DNA from: Bacteroidia bacterium
Lineage (GTDB): Bacteria; Bacteroidota; Bacteroidia; AKYH767-A; OLB10
Assembly: GCA_016788065.1 (NCBI GenBank)
Contig: JAEUTI010000008.1
Location: 62,428 to 126,427 of the forward strand
DNA length: 64,000 nucleotides
Direction: 5' to 3'
A model generated the notes under the pieces. The model did not search any database. It was not told the DNA's origin and was given only the letters and a program-made list of their open reading frames with translations. The translations under genes were made by a program, and so were the position numbers. Shown here piece after piece: positions 19,344 to 28,312 of the stretch (positions within the stretch are counted from its first letter, which is position 1; every line of letters begins with the position of its first letter).

Positions 19344-22300
19344 ATGATGAAGCGCTCTATAATCACCAACTTTTCTCTGGCCTCTGCTGTAATCCTGGGT
19401 ACTCTCGGATTGCCGGCTACAGCCAAAGAAAACGTGGGCGTTACAGGAAACTCCAATAAGAATAGTGCTATTGCTGCTAACTGTAACCCAACCACTGCAC
19501 AGGCTGATCTCGACATCAATAACGTCCGTACTACTGTCCTCGTAGGAGGAGATATGTGGTGGGATCTTTCGAATGCAAAATATGAAGTTCCTATCGGTAC
19601 TAATAAACATGCCCTGTTCGCAGGTGCATTGTGGATTGGTGGTATCGATGCCGGTGGACAAATTAAAGTTGCCGGTCAAACATATCGCCAGACAGGTATC
19701 GACTTCTGGGGTGGACCTATTGATACTAATGCTGTAAATATTACTCCTGATAAATGTCAGACTTATGACAAGCATTGGAAAGTAACTAAACAAGAAGTCC
19801 TTGATTTCATTGGTGACCCTAATGCGGCAACAAATGACATTAAGAGCTGGCCGGGTAATGGCGATCCTACTTCTAACGAGGGTACTTATCTTGCACCATT
19901 CGTAGATGTTAACGGTGACCTTGAATATGATTACCGTGATGGTGATTATCCCGGATATAATTTCGGTGGCGATTATCCATCAGTTCCTGGTACCATTAAA
20001 ACTGTTTGTAACGATTATATTTTCGGTGACAAAACACTTTGGTGGGTATTCAACGACGTAGGTAACGCTCACACTGAAACAAGTTCAGATCCTATCGGTC
20101 TTGAAATCCGTGCTCAGGCATTTGGTTTCAAAACTAATGATGAGATCAACAACATGACTTTCTACAAATATCAGATCATCAATCGTTCAACTCTTACCCT
20201 TACACAGACTTATTTCGGTCAATGGGTAGATCCGGATTTGGGAAATGCTGTAGATGATTATGTTGGTTGCGATGTTCCACGCGGTTTAGGTTTCTGCTAC
20301 AATGGTGATGCCGATGATGAAACTGCTTCAGGTTATGGTTTAAATCCTCCTGCTATCGGAGTTGACTTCTTCCAGGGACCTTTGGCTGATGTAAACGACT
20401 TAGTTGATAACGATCGTGATGGTTGTATTGACTGTACATTCATTGATTCAGCTGGAGTCACTCTTACTTATGACGACAATATCCTTGGTGAGCAAATCAT
20501 CATGTCTAAATTCGTTTACTATAATAACGTAAATAACTCACCAATCGGAAATCCTAACGGCTTTACTGATTTCTACAACTACCTACGCGGTATCTGGTTA
20601 GATAACCAACCAATTACTTATGGTGGCGACGGAAGAAATGCCGGAGCTCCTGTATGTAACTTCATGTTCCCGGGAACTACTGACCCTGATAACTTCCCTA
20701 CTTTGGGAGAGTGGTCTGAATTTACTGCAGGTAACCCACCTGAAGATCGTCGATTCCTTCAATCAGCCGGAACATTTACACTTACTCCTGGTGCTGTTAA
20801 CTATATCACAACCGGTGTTGTTTGGGCTCGTGCTCAACAAGGTGGTCCACAAGCTTCTGTTGATCTGATGAAACTTGCAGATGACAAAGCACAGGCATTG
20901 TTTGATAATTGCTTCAAACTTATCGATGGTCCGAATGCACCTGATATGGCTATCCGTGAATTAGACAAACGTCTTATCATTTCTTTAACTAATTATGATA
21001 CTACAGCAGTTGAGTTGTATGATCAGATTGACCCTACAATTGTTGGTGTTCCTGAAGACAGTGCACGTTTCAAATTCCAGGGATATCAGATATTCCAGTT
21101 GAAAGATGCTTCTGCAACTACTGCTGACTTTGGAAATCCTGACCGTATCCGTTTGGCACAACAAGTTGATATCAAAGATGGTGTTGCTCAAATCGTTAAC
21201 TTTAGTTTTGATCCAGCACTGAATGCGAACATTCCGATGGAAATGGTAAATGGTTCTGACAAAGGAATCAATCACACATTTGTTATCACTCAGGATTTAT
21301 TTGCTACAGGAAATACAGCTCTGATCAATCACAAGACCTATTACTTTACTGTTGTTTCTTATGCTTACAACCAGTACAAGAAATATGATCCGAATGATCC
21401 TGCTGCCCTTGATGGTCAGAAAAAACCATACCTGGCTGGTCGTAACAACATCAAAACCTATAGTGCAATTCCACATATCCCAACTCCGGAGAACAGTGGA
21501 CAGATTCTTGGGTCTGACTATGGTGATGGTCCTAGAATTAAACGTATCGAAGGACAAGGTAACGGTGGTATGATTCTCGACTTTGCAAATAATTACGAAA
21601 ATGATATCTTGAATGCTCCTTATCGCGTTCGTGAACCTGAGTATTTTGGTGGAAATGGTCCACTTCCTGTTAAAGTTTATGATCCTGTTTTAATTGAGAA
21701 CTTCAACTATGAAACTCGTTTCAACGGAGTAACTGATACAGATACCTGGAAGATGACTAATCTTTCAACCAACACTACTGTTGATTCTGAAAGAAGTCTT
21801 GGACAAAACAATGAGCAGGTATTCCCTGAGTGGGGACTAAGTGCTAATATCAAGAATATACTTGAGGCTGGAAAACCCGGTGCTGAGAACAATGGTTTAC
21901 TCGAATCAACTGTTGAATTCTCTGATGAAGATTTGAAATGGTTAGCTCCTTTAACTGATGCTGAAGATGCTTCTGCAGAAGACTGGATCCTTTCAGGTGC
22001 AGGTGGAACTTATGGCGGTCTTGATGACGGTCAGGTTTACGAAACAATGGTAAACGGTACCTGGGCGCCATACAAATTGACTTCTAAAACTTATCCGGGA
22101 CCAAAATGGTCAGGAATTGCGGAAGCTCAGATTTCACTTTCTCCGGGAGGTAACTCTAAGACTGCAATTGCAAGTGTTGATATCATCATCACTTCTGACA
22201 AAAGCAAATGGACTAGATCACCAGTTTTTGAAATTGGTGGAGGTACTACCGGTGCAGGAACTGTTGGTTCAGCAAAAGCATTCGACTTACGTAAATCACC

Positions 22301-23453
22301 TTCAATCGATAAAAATGGAAATCCTGATGGTACCGGTGATGGTATGAGCTGGTTCCCTGGTTATGCTGTGAATCTTGAGACTGGTGAGCGTTTAAATATT
22401 GCCTTCGGTGAAAATTCTATTTTAGGTGGTGAAAATGGTGCCGACATGAAATGGAATCCAACTGCGACACAATTTGATAACTCAATCAGTCCACCTGAGC
22501 CAGTATTTGGTGGTATGCATTACATCTATGTGTTTGGACACAATGGCGATGCTACCTTCAACGTAACAGTTAACGGAACGCCTACTGCATTCCTTGCTGA
22601 TGTTGCTCATTATGATGAAGGAAAATCAATCAAAGATCTTGCACAGCTTGGTGCAGGTGAATACCCAGGTGTTCCTTCTGCTAATACTACTGCAAAAAGA
22701 AATCTTTGGAAGGATGCGATGTATGTAAGTATTCCAATGCTTTCGGAAGACTTCTCTAGTCTTAACCTTCCTGATGGAATTCCTGCTGATGTGAAAGTTA
22801 GATTACGCGTTGCAAGAAGCTACAGAACTTATGCTACTTCTGATGTGTTGAAAAGTAATCAGTCATTGACTAGTGGTTCAACTTACTATATTGCTTCTGC
22901 TCCTGTGACTTATGACGGAACAACATACACTGAAGTAGGTGCGTCATTTGTTGCTGGTACAGTTACTGTATTTACAGGCGGTGGAACAGTTACTACTTCT
23001 GCTCCTGCAAACGGTTTTGATCCGCTGTATACTTTCGGTACTGCTGACCTTGCTAACACAACCAACAATGCAAGCGCTGCAACTACGGCTCTCGATCTGA
23101 TCAACGTTGTTCCTAATCCATACTATGCATTCTCCGGATACGAAGTATCGCAGTTGGACAACAGAATCAAAATCACGAATCTGCCTCCGGTATGTACTAT
23201 TTCAATCTTTACCAAGAATGGTACATTAATCAGGAAATTCAGCAGAGACGTTGCTAAAGACAACTCAGAAGGTATCGTGTATGATCCTGCTGTTCCTAAT
23301 ACAGAAACTTCAATTGATTGGGATCTGAAAAACCAAAAAGGTGTTCCTGTTGCTTCCGGTATGTATCTGATACACATTGAAGCTCCCGGCCTAGGTGAGA
23401 AAACACTTAAATGGTTCGGTATGATCAGGCCAATTGACCTTGATACATTCTAA
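19344..23453 (+). CDS. Large secreted beta-rich protein with a type-B (SprB-type) T9SS C-terminal sorting-domain-like terminus
   Basis: Signal peptide MMKRSIITNFSLASAVILGTLGLPATA. It is 1369 aa and rich in G, D, N and T, with a DNDRDG Ca-binding-like motif. The last ~110 aa (VPNPYYAFSGYEV…CTISIFTKNGTLIRKF…IDWDLKNQKGVPVASGMYLIHIEA…KTLKWFGMIRP) follow the type-B CTD pattern (PNAFTPNGDG…IFNRWG…WDG…G.Y.Y…G.V.LIR). It starts 35 bp after the TonB-dependent receptor gene. Confidence 0.6.
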   Translation: MMKRSIITNFSLASAVILGTLGLPATAKENVGVTGNSNKNSAIAANCNPTTAQADLDINNVRTTVLVGGDMWWDLSNAKYEVPIGTNKHALFAGALWIGGIDAGGQIKVAGQTYRQTGIDFWGGPIDTNAVNITPDKCQTYDKHWKVTKQEVLDFIGDPNAATNDIKSWPGNGDPTSNEGTYLAPFVDVNGDLEYDYRDGDYPGYNFGGDYPSVPGTIKTVCNDYIFGDKTLWWVFNDVGNAHTETSSDPIGLEIRAQAFGFKTNDEINNMTFYKYQIINRSTLTLTQTYFGQWVDPDLGNAVDDYVGCDVPRGLGFCYNGDADDETASGYGLNPPAIGVDFFQGPLADVNDLVDNDRDGCIDCTFIDSAGVTLTYDDNILGEQIIMSKFVYYNNVNNSPIGNPNGFTDFYNYLRGIWLDNQPITYGGDGRNAGAPVCNFMFPGTTDPDNFPTLGEWSEFTAGNPPEDRRFLQSAGTFTLTPGAVNYITTGVVWARAQQGGPQASVDLMKLADDKAQALFDNCFKLIDGPNAPDMAIRELDKRLIISLTNYDTTAVELYDQIDPTIVGVPEDSARFKFQGYQIFQLKDASATTADFGNPDRIRLAQQVDIKDGVAQIVNFSFDPALNANIPMEMVNGSDKGINHTFVITQDLFATGNTALINHKTYYFTVVSYAYNQYKKYDPNDPAALDGQKKPYLAGRNNIKTYSAIPHIPTPENSGQILGSDYGDGPRIKRIEGQGNGGMILDFANNYENDILNAPYRVREPEYFGGNGPLPVKVYDPVLIENFNYETRFNGVTDTDTWKMTNLSTNTTVDSERSLGQNNEQVFPEWGLSANIKNILEAGKPGAENNGLLESTVEFSDEDLKWLAPLTDAEDASAEDWILSGAGGTYGGLDDGQVYETMVNGTWAPYKLTSKTYPGPKWSGIAEAQISLSPGGNSKTAIASVDIIITSDKSKWTRSPVFEIGGGTTGAGTVGSAKAFDLRKSPSIDKNGNPDGTGDGMSWFPGYAVNLETGERLNIAFGENSILGGENGADMKWNPTATQFDNSISPPEPVFGGMHYIYVFGHNGDATFNVTVNGTPTAFLADVAHYDEGKSIKDLAQLGAGEYPGVPSANTTAKRNLWKDAMYVSIPMLSEDFSSLNLPDGIPADVKVRLRVARSYRTYATSDVLKSNQSLTSGSTYYIASAPVTYDGTTYTEVGASFVAGTVTVFTGGGTVTTSAPANGFDPLYTFGTADLANTTNNASAATTALDLINVVPNPYYAFSGYEVSQLDNRIKITNLPPVCTISIFTKNGTLIRKFSRDVAKDNSEGIVYDPAVPNTETSIDWDLKNQKGVPVASGMYLIHIEAPGLGEKTLKWFGMIRPIDLDTF

Positions 23454-23496
23454 TAGGAAATTAACTTAAACACGAACCTCATTAACCAATCAACAT

Positions 23497-24564
23497 ATGA
23501 AGCAATATATAAAACCTATATTAACCAGTTTACTCACTGCATCCCTGCTCGCTGTAGTAGTACCTGCTCAGGCAGGTAACGAAGACCGTGCCGGTCAGGC
23601 AGGTGCATCTGAGTTGCTGATAAACCCCTGGACTAAAAGTGCCGGATGGGGTGGATTGAACATTGCAAATGTCAGAGGCATGGAAGCACAGTTCAATAAC
23701 GTTGCAGGTCTTGCATTTACTAAGAAAACGGAAATTGCGTTCTCTTATACTAACTGGCTTAAAGGAGCCGATATCCAGATTAACTCTTTCGGTTTTTCTC
23801 AAAAAGTGGGAGAAACAGGAGTGCTTGCACTGGGTGTTATGTCGATGAATTTTGGCGATATTCAGGTAACTACTGTTGATCAGCCGGAAGGTGGAATCGG
23901 TACGTATACCCCGCAATTCATCAACCTGGGTCTTTCTTATGCAAAAGCATTCTCCAACAGTATTTATGGAGGTATGACTGTAAGAGTGATTTCTCAATCA
24001 ATATCTGATGTTAAAGCTCAGGGTGTTGCGTTTGATGCCGGTATCCAATATGTAACCGGAACAAATGAAGCAAAAGACAATTTGAAATTTGGTATCTCTC
24101 TGAAGAATGTTGGAACTCCAATGCGTTTCTCAGGTGATGGTCTCTCTTTCAGAGGAAATCCTCCTGTAGAAGCTACTTATCAGTTAACAATTCAGTCTCG
24201 TGCCGAGAAGTTTGAATTACCTTCTTTGGTAAATATTGGTGCATCTTATGATTATAAAATCATGGAAAATCACCGCTTGACTGGAGTTGCGGCCTTTACA
24301 TCAAACTCGTTTACTAACGATCAGTTCGGTCTTGGAATTGAATATGCTTTCAAAGAAATGTTCTCTCTTCGCGGAGGATATGTATTTGAAAAAGATATGA
24401 CAAGTGACGAAGATCGCGCAACTGCTATGTCAGGTTTGAATGCAGGTGTTTCAGTTGATGTGCCCCTGGGTAAAAGTGGAAAGAAATTCGGTATTGATTA
24501 TTCTTACAAATCAACCGAATTCTTCGACGGATGCCACAGCATAGGTGCCAGAATCATCCTCTGA
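23497..24564 (+). CDS. T9SS-associated FadL-like outer-membrane beta-barrel (PorP/SprF-family or PorV-like)
   Basis: Signal peptide …VVPAQA. It is 355 aa with alternating beta-strand composition. The N-terminal …ELLINPWTKSAGWGG…AGLAF block resembles the PorP/SprF / PorV family N-terminus. It sits directly downstream of a type-B-CTD cargo gene, where sprF-like genes usually lie. Confidence 0.5.
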   Translation: MKQYIKPILTSLLTASLLAVVVPAQAGNEDRAGQAGASELLINPWTKSAGWGGLNIANVRGMEAQFNNVAGLAFTKKTEIAFSYTNWLKGADIQINSFGFSQKVGETGVLALGVMSMNFGDIQVTTVDQPEGGIGTYTPQFINLGLSYAKAFSNSIYGGMTVRVISQSISDVKAQGVAFDAGIQYVTGTNEAKDNLKFGISLKNVGTPMRFSGDGLSFRGNPPVEATYQLTIQSRAEKFELPSLVNIGASYDYKIMENHRLTGVAAFTSNSFTNDQFGLGIEYAFKEMFSLRGGYVFEKDMTSDEDRATAMSGLNAGVSVDVPLGKSGKKFGIDYSYKSTEFFDGCHSIGARIIL

Positions 24565-24591
24565 TAAAAAAAAGAATTATCTTTGCAAAGT

Positions 24592-24630
24592 GAAAGAGGA
24601 CCCTTACCCAAGGGTCTTCTTTCATTTTAT
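24592..24630 (+). terminator. Rho-independent terminator closing the TonB-dependent receptor / cargo / OMP unit
   Basis: GAAAGAGGACCCTT-accc-AAGGGTCTTCTTTC is a 14-bp stem with one G·U pair, followed by ATTTTATT. Confidence 0.6.
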
Positions 24631-24664
24631 TGTGTTTAGTAATAATTGATTAAAACGTAAAAAA

Positions 24665-25138
24665 ATGAGCCAGGTGAACTATTTTACAGAGGAAGGTCTT
24701 AAGAAATTACAAGACGAACTCAATCACTTGAAAACTATTGAAAGACCCAGCATATCAAGACAAATAGCTGAAGCCCGTGAAAAAGGTGACTTGTCGGAAA
24801 ATGCCGAATATGATGCTGCCAAAGATGCACAAGGGTTGCTTGAATTGAAGATCTCTAAATTGGAAGAATTGATGGCAACAGCACGTTTGCTTGATGAGTC
24901 CAAAATTGATATTTCCAAAGTTTCTGTTCTTTCTAAAGTTAAAATCAGAAATGTTGCCAATAAAGCCGAAATGACTTACACCCTGGTTACTGAAAATGAA
25001 GCTGATCTTAAGTCAGGAAAGATTTCAGTTACATCACCTATTGGTAAAGGATTGCTCGGAAAGAAGAAAGGTGATCAGGTTGATATTGCCGTTCCTTCCG
25101 GATTAATGAAATTCGAAATTATTGATATTACCAGATAA
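24665..25138 (+). CDS. greA: Transcription elongation factor GreA
   Basis: 157 aa with LSENAEYDAAKDAQ and a C-terminal FKBP-like domain. Confidence 0.9.
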   Translation: MSQVNYFTEEGLKKLQDELNHLKTIERPSISRQIAEAREKGDLSENAEYDAAKDAQGLLELKISKLEELMATARLLDESKIDISKVSVLSKVKIRNVANKAEMTYTLVTENEADLKSGKISVTSPIGKGLLGKKKGDQVDIAVPSGLMKFEIIDITR

Positions 25139-25141
25139 ATC

Positions 25142-25534
25142 ATGGCATCTGTATTTTCTCGTATAGTTTCAGGCGAAATTCCGGCATATAAAATTGCCGA
25201 GAATGATAAGTATTTGGCTTTTCTGGATGTGAATCCCTTAGCTAAAGGACATACGCTGGTAATTCCTAAAGCTGAAATCGACTATATTTTTGATTTGGAA
25301 GATCCGGACTATCTCGAACTGATGGCCTTCGCTAAAAAAGTGGCTGTTGCACTGCGTAAATCTGTGCCTTGCATTCGAATTGGTGTTGCTGTTATTGGTC
25401 TTGAAGTGCCTCATACCCACATTCACCTCATTCCTTTAAATACCATGTCTGATATCAACTTTTCTTTGCCTAAACTCACACTTCCTACCGAGGTTATGCA
25501 GGAAACAGCTGCCAAAATTAAAGCTGCATTGTAA
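25142..25534 (+). CDS. HIT-family (histidine triad) nucleotide hydrolase
   Basis: 130 aa with the HTHIHLIP histidine-triad motif. Confidence 0.9.
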   Translation: MASVFSRIVSGEIPAYKIAENDKYLAFLDVNPLAKGHTLVIPKAEIDYIFDLEDPDYLELMAFAKKVAVALRKSVPCIRIGVAVIGLEVPHTHIHLIPLNTMSDINFSLPKLTLPTEVMQETAAKIKAAL

Positions 25535-25540
25535 AAACGA

Positions 25541-26107
25541 TTACCCTTTTCTATCTGGGTTTTCTTGCAGAAAAGCCTTCCAGCCACTAAAAGATTTGCT
25601 CTTTTGGCCTGATTTTGTCGCAACATTGCCGTTTTGAAAATAGTGACATACTGCAGCTCCTAATCCATCCGTTGCATCCAGAAACTTAGGCATTTCTTCA
25701 AATTGCAATAAGGATTGCAACATGGCTGCAACCTGTTCTTTAGATGCATTACCATTTCCTGTAATAGATTGCTTAATCTTTTTTGGGGAATATTCAAATA
25801 CAGGCATGTTCCTTGATAATGCACCGGCAATTGCAACTCCTTGAGCACGACCTAGTTTTAGCATCGATTGCACATTCTTACCAAAAAAAGGTGCTTCAAT
25901 TGCTAACTCATCAGGATGGTACTCATCAATCAATCCTACTGTCCGCTCAAATATTTTTTTTAACTTAATATGATGGTCATCGAATTTTGATAGATCAATA
26001 ATACCTGCCGATACCAGAGACATAGCATTGCCCTTCAATGCAATTATGCCGTAACCCATGATGTTGGTGCCCGGATCAATGCCTAAAATTACTTTGTCAG
26101 TTGCCAT
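25541..26107 (-). CDS. ruvC: Crossover junction endodeoxyribonuclease RuvC
   Basis: [16 protein letters not shown]… is RuvC-like. The track ORF (to 26212) carries a non-conserved 35-aa extension, so I prefer the start at [13 protein letters not shown] (about 26107). Confidence 0.88.
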   Translation of the reverse strand: MATDKVILGIDPGTNIMGYGIIALKGNAMSLVSAGIIDLSKFDDHHIKLKKIFERTVGLIDEYHPDELAIEAPFFGKNVQSMLKLGRAQGVAIAGALSRNMPVFEYSPKKIKQSITGNGNASKEQVAAMLQSLLQFEEMPKFLDATDGLGAAVCHYFQNGNVATKSGQKSKSFSGWKAFLQENPDRKG

Positions 26108-26183
26108 TCGTACCGTCAAAGTTATAGAAGTTCTGTCGCATGAGCGGGATTTTTTTCTAACATTGTTAACCGATTTGGTAACG

Positions 26184-27149
26184 ATGAATAGTAGCTCAAG
26201 GCATTTTGTCATTAATCTGGTTAAGTCTGTACTTGCCCTGGGCTCTGCCTATTTTATTTATGTTAAAATTATTTCCAGACCCGACTTTGATGAAATGTTG
26301 GCTGGTATTAAATCGGCCTTGCTGAATCCAAGTAACAGCTTTATTCTTGTAACTGTTGGCTTTTTGATGCTTGTAAACTGGTTGCTTGAAACAGGCAAAT
26401 GGAAACTTCTGTTGCAAAGGTTTTATCCTGCCGGATGGCTCTCTTGCTTTCGTGCTGTTATGAGTGGAGTCACGGTGAGCATTTTTACTCCAAACCGAAC
26501 CGGTGAATTTGCGGGCAGAGTTATGCATATGGAAAGTGGTTCCAGAATAAAAGGAGCTATTGCCGCAATTATCGGGAGTATGAATCAATTATTGGTGACC
26601 ATCATCGCAGGTGGAATGGGCCTGCTTTTTTCTCTCAACGATTTTATGAATGAAGACAAGGTGGTAATACAACTAGTGGGAGCGCTAATTCTTGCCGGTA
26701 TGATTGGGTTGATCATTATTTATTTCAGACTACCGTTATTGGGAAAGATAATTGCTAAAACAAATGCCTTGAAAAAACTGGCTTTATATGCCAGGATTTT
26801 TAGTTTATATACCAGATATGATTTGTTAAAATTAACGATGTTATCGGCCTTTCGTTACTTGGTTTTCTCTTACCAGTTTATTTTAATGCTTGAATTCTTT
26901 GGAGTTTCATTGCCTTATCTGGAAGCTATGCGTCTGATAACCTTGATATACCTGGTGATGGCAGTGGTGCCAAGTATCGCTTTGTCTGAATTAACTGTCA
27001 GAGGGTCTGTAGCACTCTATTTTTTATCACCTGTTGCTGCTAACCCTGCAGCAATTTTAGCTGCAACATCAGTACTGTGGCTTATCAATCTCGCAATTCC
27101 TGCAATTTTAGGAGCACTGTCTGTATTTTATTTCCGGCTTAACAGATGA
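26184..27149 (+). CDS. Flippase-like / lysylphosphatidylglycerol-synthase-TM-domain (UPF0104) membrane protein
   Basis: A polytopic membrane protein. I prefer the internal start [20 protein letters not shown] (about 26184), because the track start at 26058 overlaps ruvC. Its stop overlaps the GT2 start (ATGA). Confidence 0.55.
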   Translation: MNSSSRHFVINLVKSVLALGSAYFIYVKIISRPDFDEMLAGIKSALLNPSNSFILVTVGFLMLVNWLLETGKWKLLLQRFYPAGWLSCFRAVMSGVTVSIFTPNRTGEFAGRVMHMESGSRIKGAIAAIIGSMNQLLVTIIAGGMGLLFSLNDFMNEDKVVIQLVGALILAGMIGLIIIYFRLPLLGKIIAKTNALKKLALYARIFSLYTRYDLLKLTMLSAFRYLVFSYQFILMLEFFGVSLPYLEAMRLITLIYLVMAVVPSIALSELTVRGSVALYFLSPVAANPAAILAATSVLWLINLAIPAILGALSVFYFRLNR

Positions 27150-28312
27150 TGGTCAACGTTGAAATAATTTTTTCACTGATCGCAGTAATCATAGCTCTAA
27201 GCTATGTAACCTGGGTCGCCCGGAATAATATGGCCTGGATAAAATATGTGAACAGAAAGCCAGTATCACCCTCAGGAAAATATACATCCATCACTGTTGT
27301 CATTGCAGCCAGAAATGAAGAAAATCTGATAGAGAACTTATTGCAGGAATTGCTCAATCAAAATTATCCTCCTTCAAAATTTCAGGTGATTATCAGCAAC
27401 GATTTCTCAACCGATAAAACTGCTGATGTGTGCAACGCAATGGCACATAAGTTTCAACAAAGTGGCATTCAATTTCTAATCATTAACGCAGCAGAAAATG
27501 AACTGTCCGGTAAAAAAGCAGCACTCGAGCGTGCAATTAAAAAGGCAACCGGTGATCTAATTCTCACCACTGATGCCGATTGTTCAGTTTCTCCCGATTG
27601 GGTTGCATCATTTGCTGGAAAATTTGCTGAATCTTCCGCTCCGATGATAACAGGTTTTGTAAAGCTGCATGATGGGGGAAATTTATTTGCCAATTTGCAG
27701 GCTATCGATGTGCTTAGTCTCTCCGGTATTGGAGCAACGACTGTGATTAATAATAAACCGCTGATGTGCAATGGGGCGAATCTGGCCTTTACCAAAGCAG
27801 CATTTTCCGAAGCCGGAGGTTATGATTACGGAATTGATCAACCGGGTGGAGATGATACCTATCTGATGTTCAAAATCAATCAACTTTTTCCCGGTAAAAT
27901 TCTTTTTAATGAAGATCCTAAATCGATTGTCACCACCAACCCACAGCCGGATTTGAAGCACTTTGTCAGGCAACGAGTTCGCTGGGCTTCTAAAGTTAAA
28001 TATTACAAAGAGTCGTATGTTAAAACCACCGGTGTGCTGATTTTTACTGTTAACCTGGTGTTGTTGCTTGCTGCTTTATTAGCAGCTATTGGAAGTTTGA
28101 ACTGGATCATTGCCCTGGCAATATGGATTTTAAAAGCAACTGCAGATTTACTATTCTTGTTTCATCTCTCGACATTTACCTCTCAACTTCGGCTTTTATT
28201 TGTATTTTTACCGGCTCAAATTCTCTATCCTTTTTATTCATTGGCGGGCACGTTAATTGCCATGAAAAAAACCGATTATGAATGGAAGAGCAGAGACTAT
28301 AAAAATCAATAA
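27146..28312 (+). CDS. Family 2 glycosyltransferase with C-terminal TM segments
   Basis: SITVVIAARNEEN…, DADC/DxD-like TTDADCSV, and QRVRWA. It has an N-terminal TM plus three C-terminal TMs. Confidence 0.8.
   Translation: MMVNVEIIFSLIAVIIALSYVTWVARNNMAWIKYVNRKPVSPSGKYTSITVVIAARNEENLIENLLQELLNQNYPPSKFQVIISNDFSTDKTADVCNAMAHKFQQSGIQFLIINAAENELSGKKAALERAIKKATGDLILTTDADCSVSPDWVASFAGKFAESSAPMITGFVKLHDGGNLFANLQAIDVLSLSGIGATTVINNKPLMCNGANLAFTKAAFSEAGGYDYGIDQPGGDDTYLMFKINQLFPGKILFNEDPKSIVTTNPQPDLKHFVRQRVRWASKVKYYKESYVKTTGVLIFTVNLVLLLAALLAAIGSLNWIIALAIWILKATADLLFLFHLSTFTSQLRLLFVFLPAQILYPFYSLAGTLIAMKKTDYEWKSRDYKNQ

Noticed and set aside
19344-23453. PorU (the C25-type T9SS signal peptidase) as the identity of the 1369-aa protein upstream of the PorV/PorP-like OMP
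   Set aside because: I cannot find a C25-like His/Cys catalytic dyad context. The C-terminus fits the type-B cargo CTD better, which makes it a cargo with a PorP/SprF-type partner rather than PorU plus PorV.
23530-23997. 155-aa minus-strand ORF overlapping the PorP/SprF-like gene
   Set aside because: It is antisense within a gene that has a clear signal peptide and beta-barrel periodicity, and its translation is low-complexity.
26058-26183. Upstream extension of the flippase-like ORF
   Set aside because: It overlaps ruvC on the opposite strand. The internal Met at about 26184 is followed directly by the first TM helix.
26108-26212. 35-aa N-terminal extension of RuvC (track ORF to 26212)
   Set aside because: The extension is not RuvC-like and is basic and low-complexity. 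The conserved RuvC N-terminus begins at [13 protein letters not shown].
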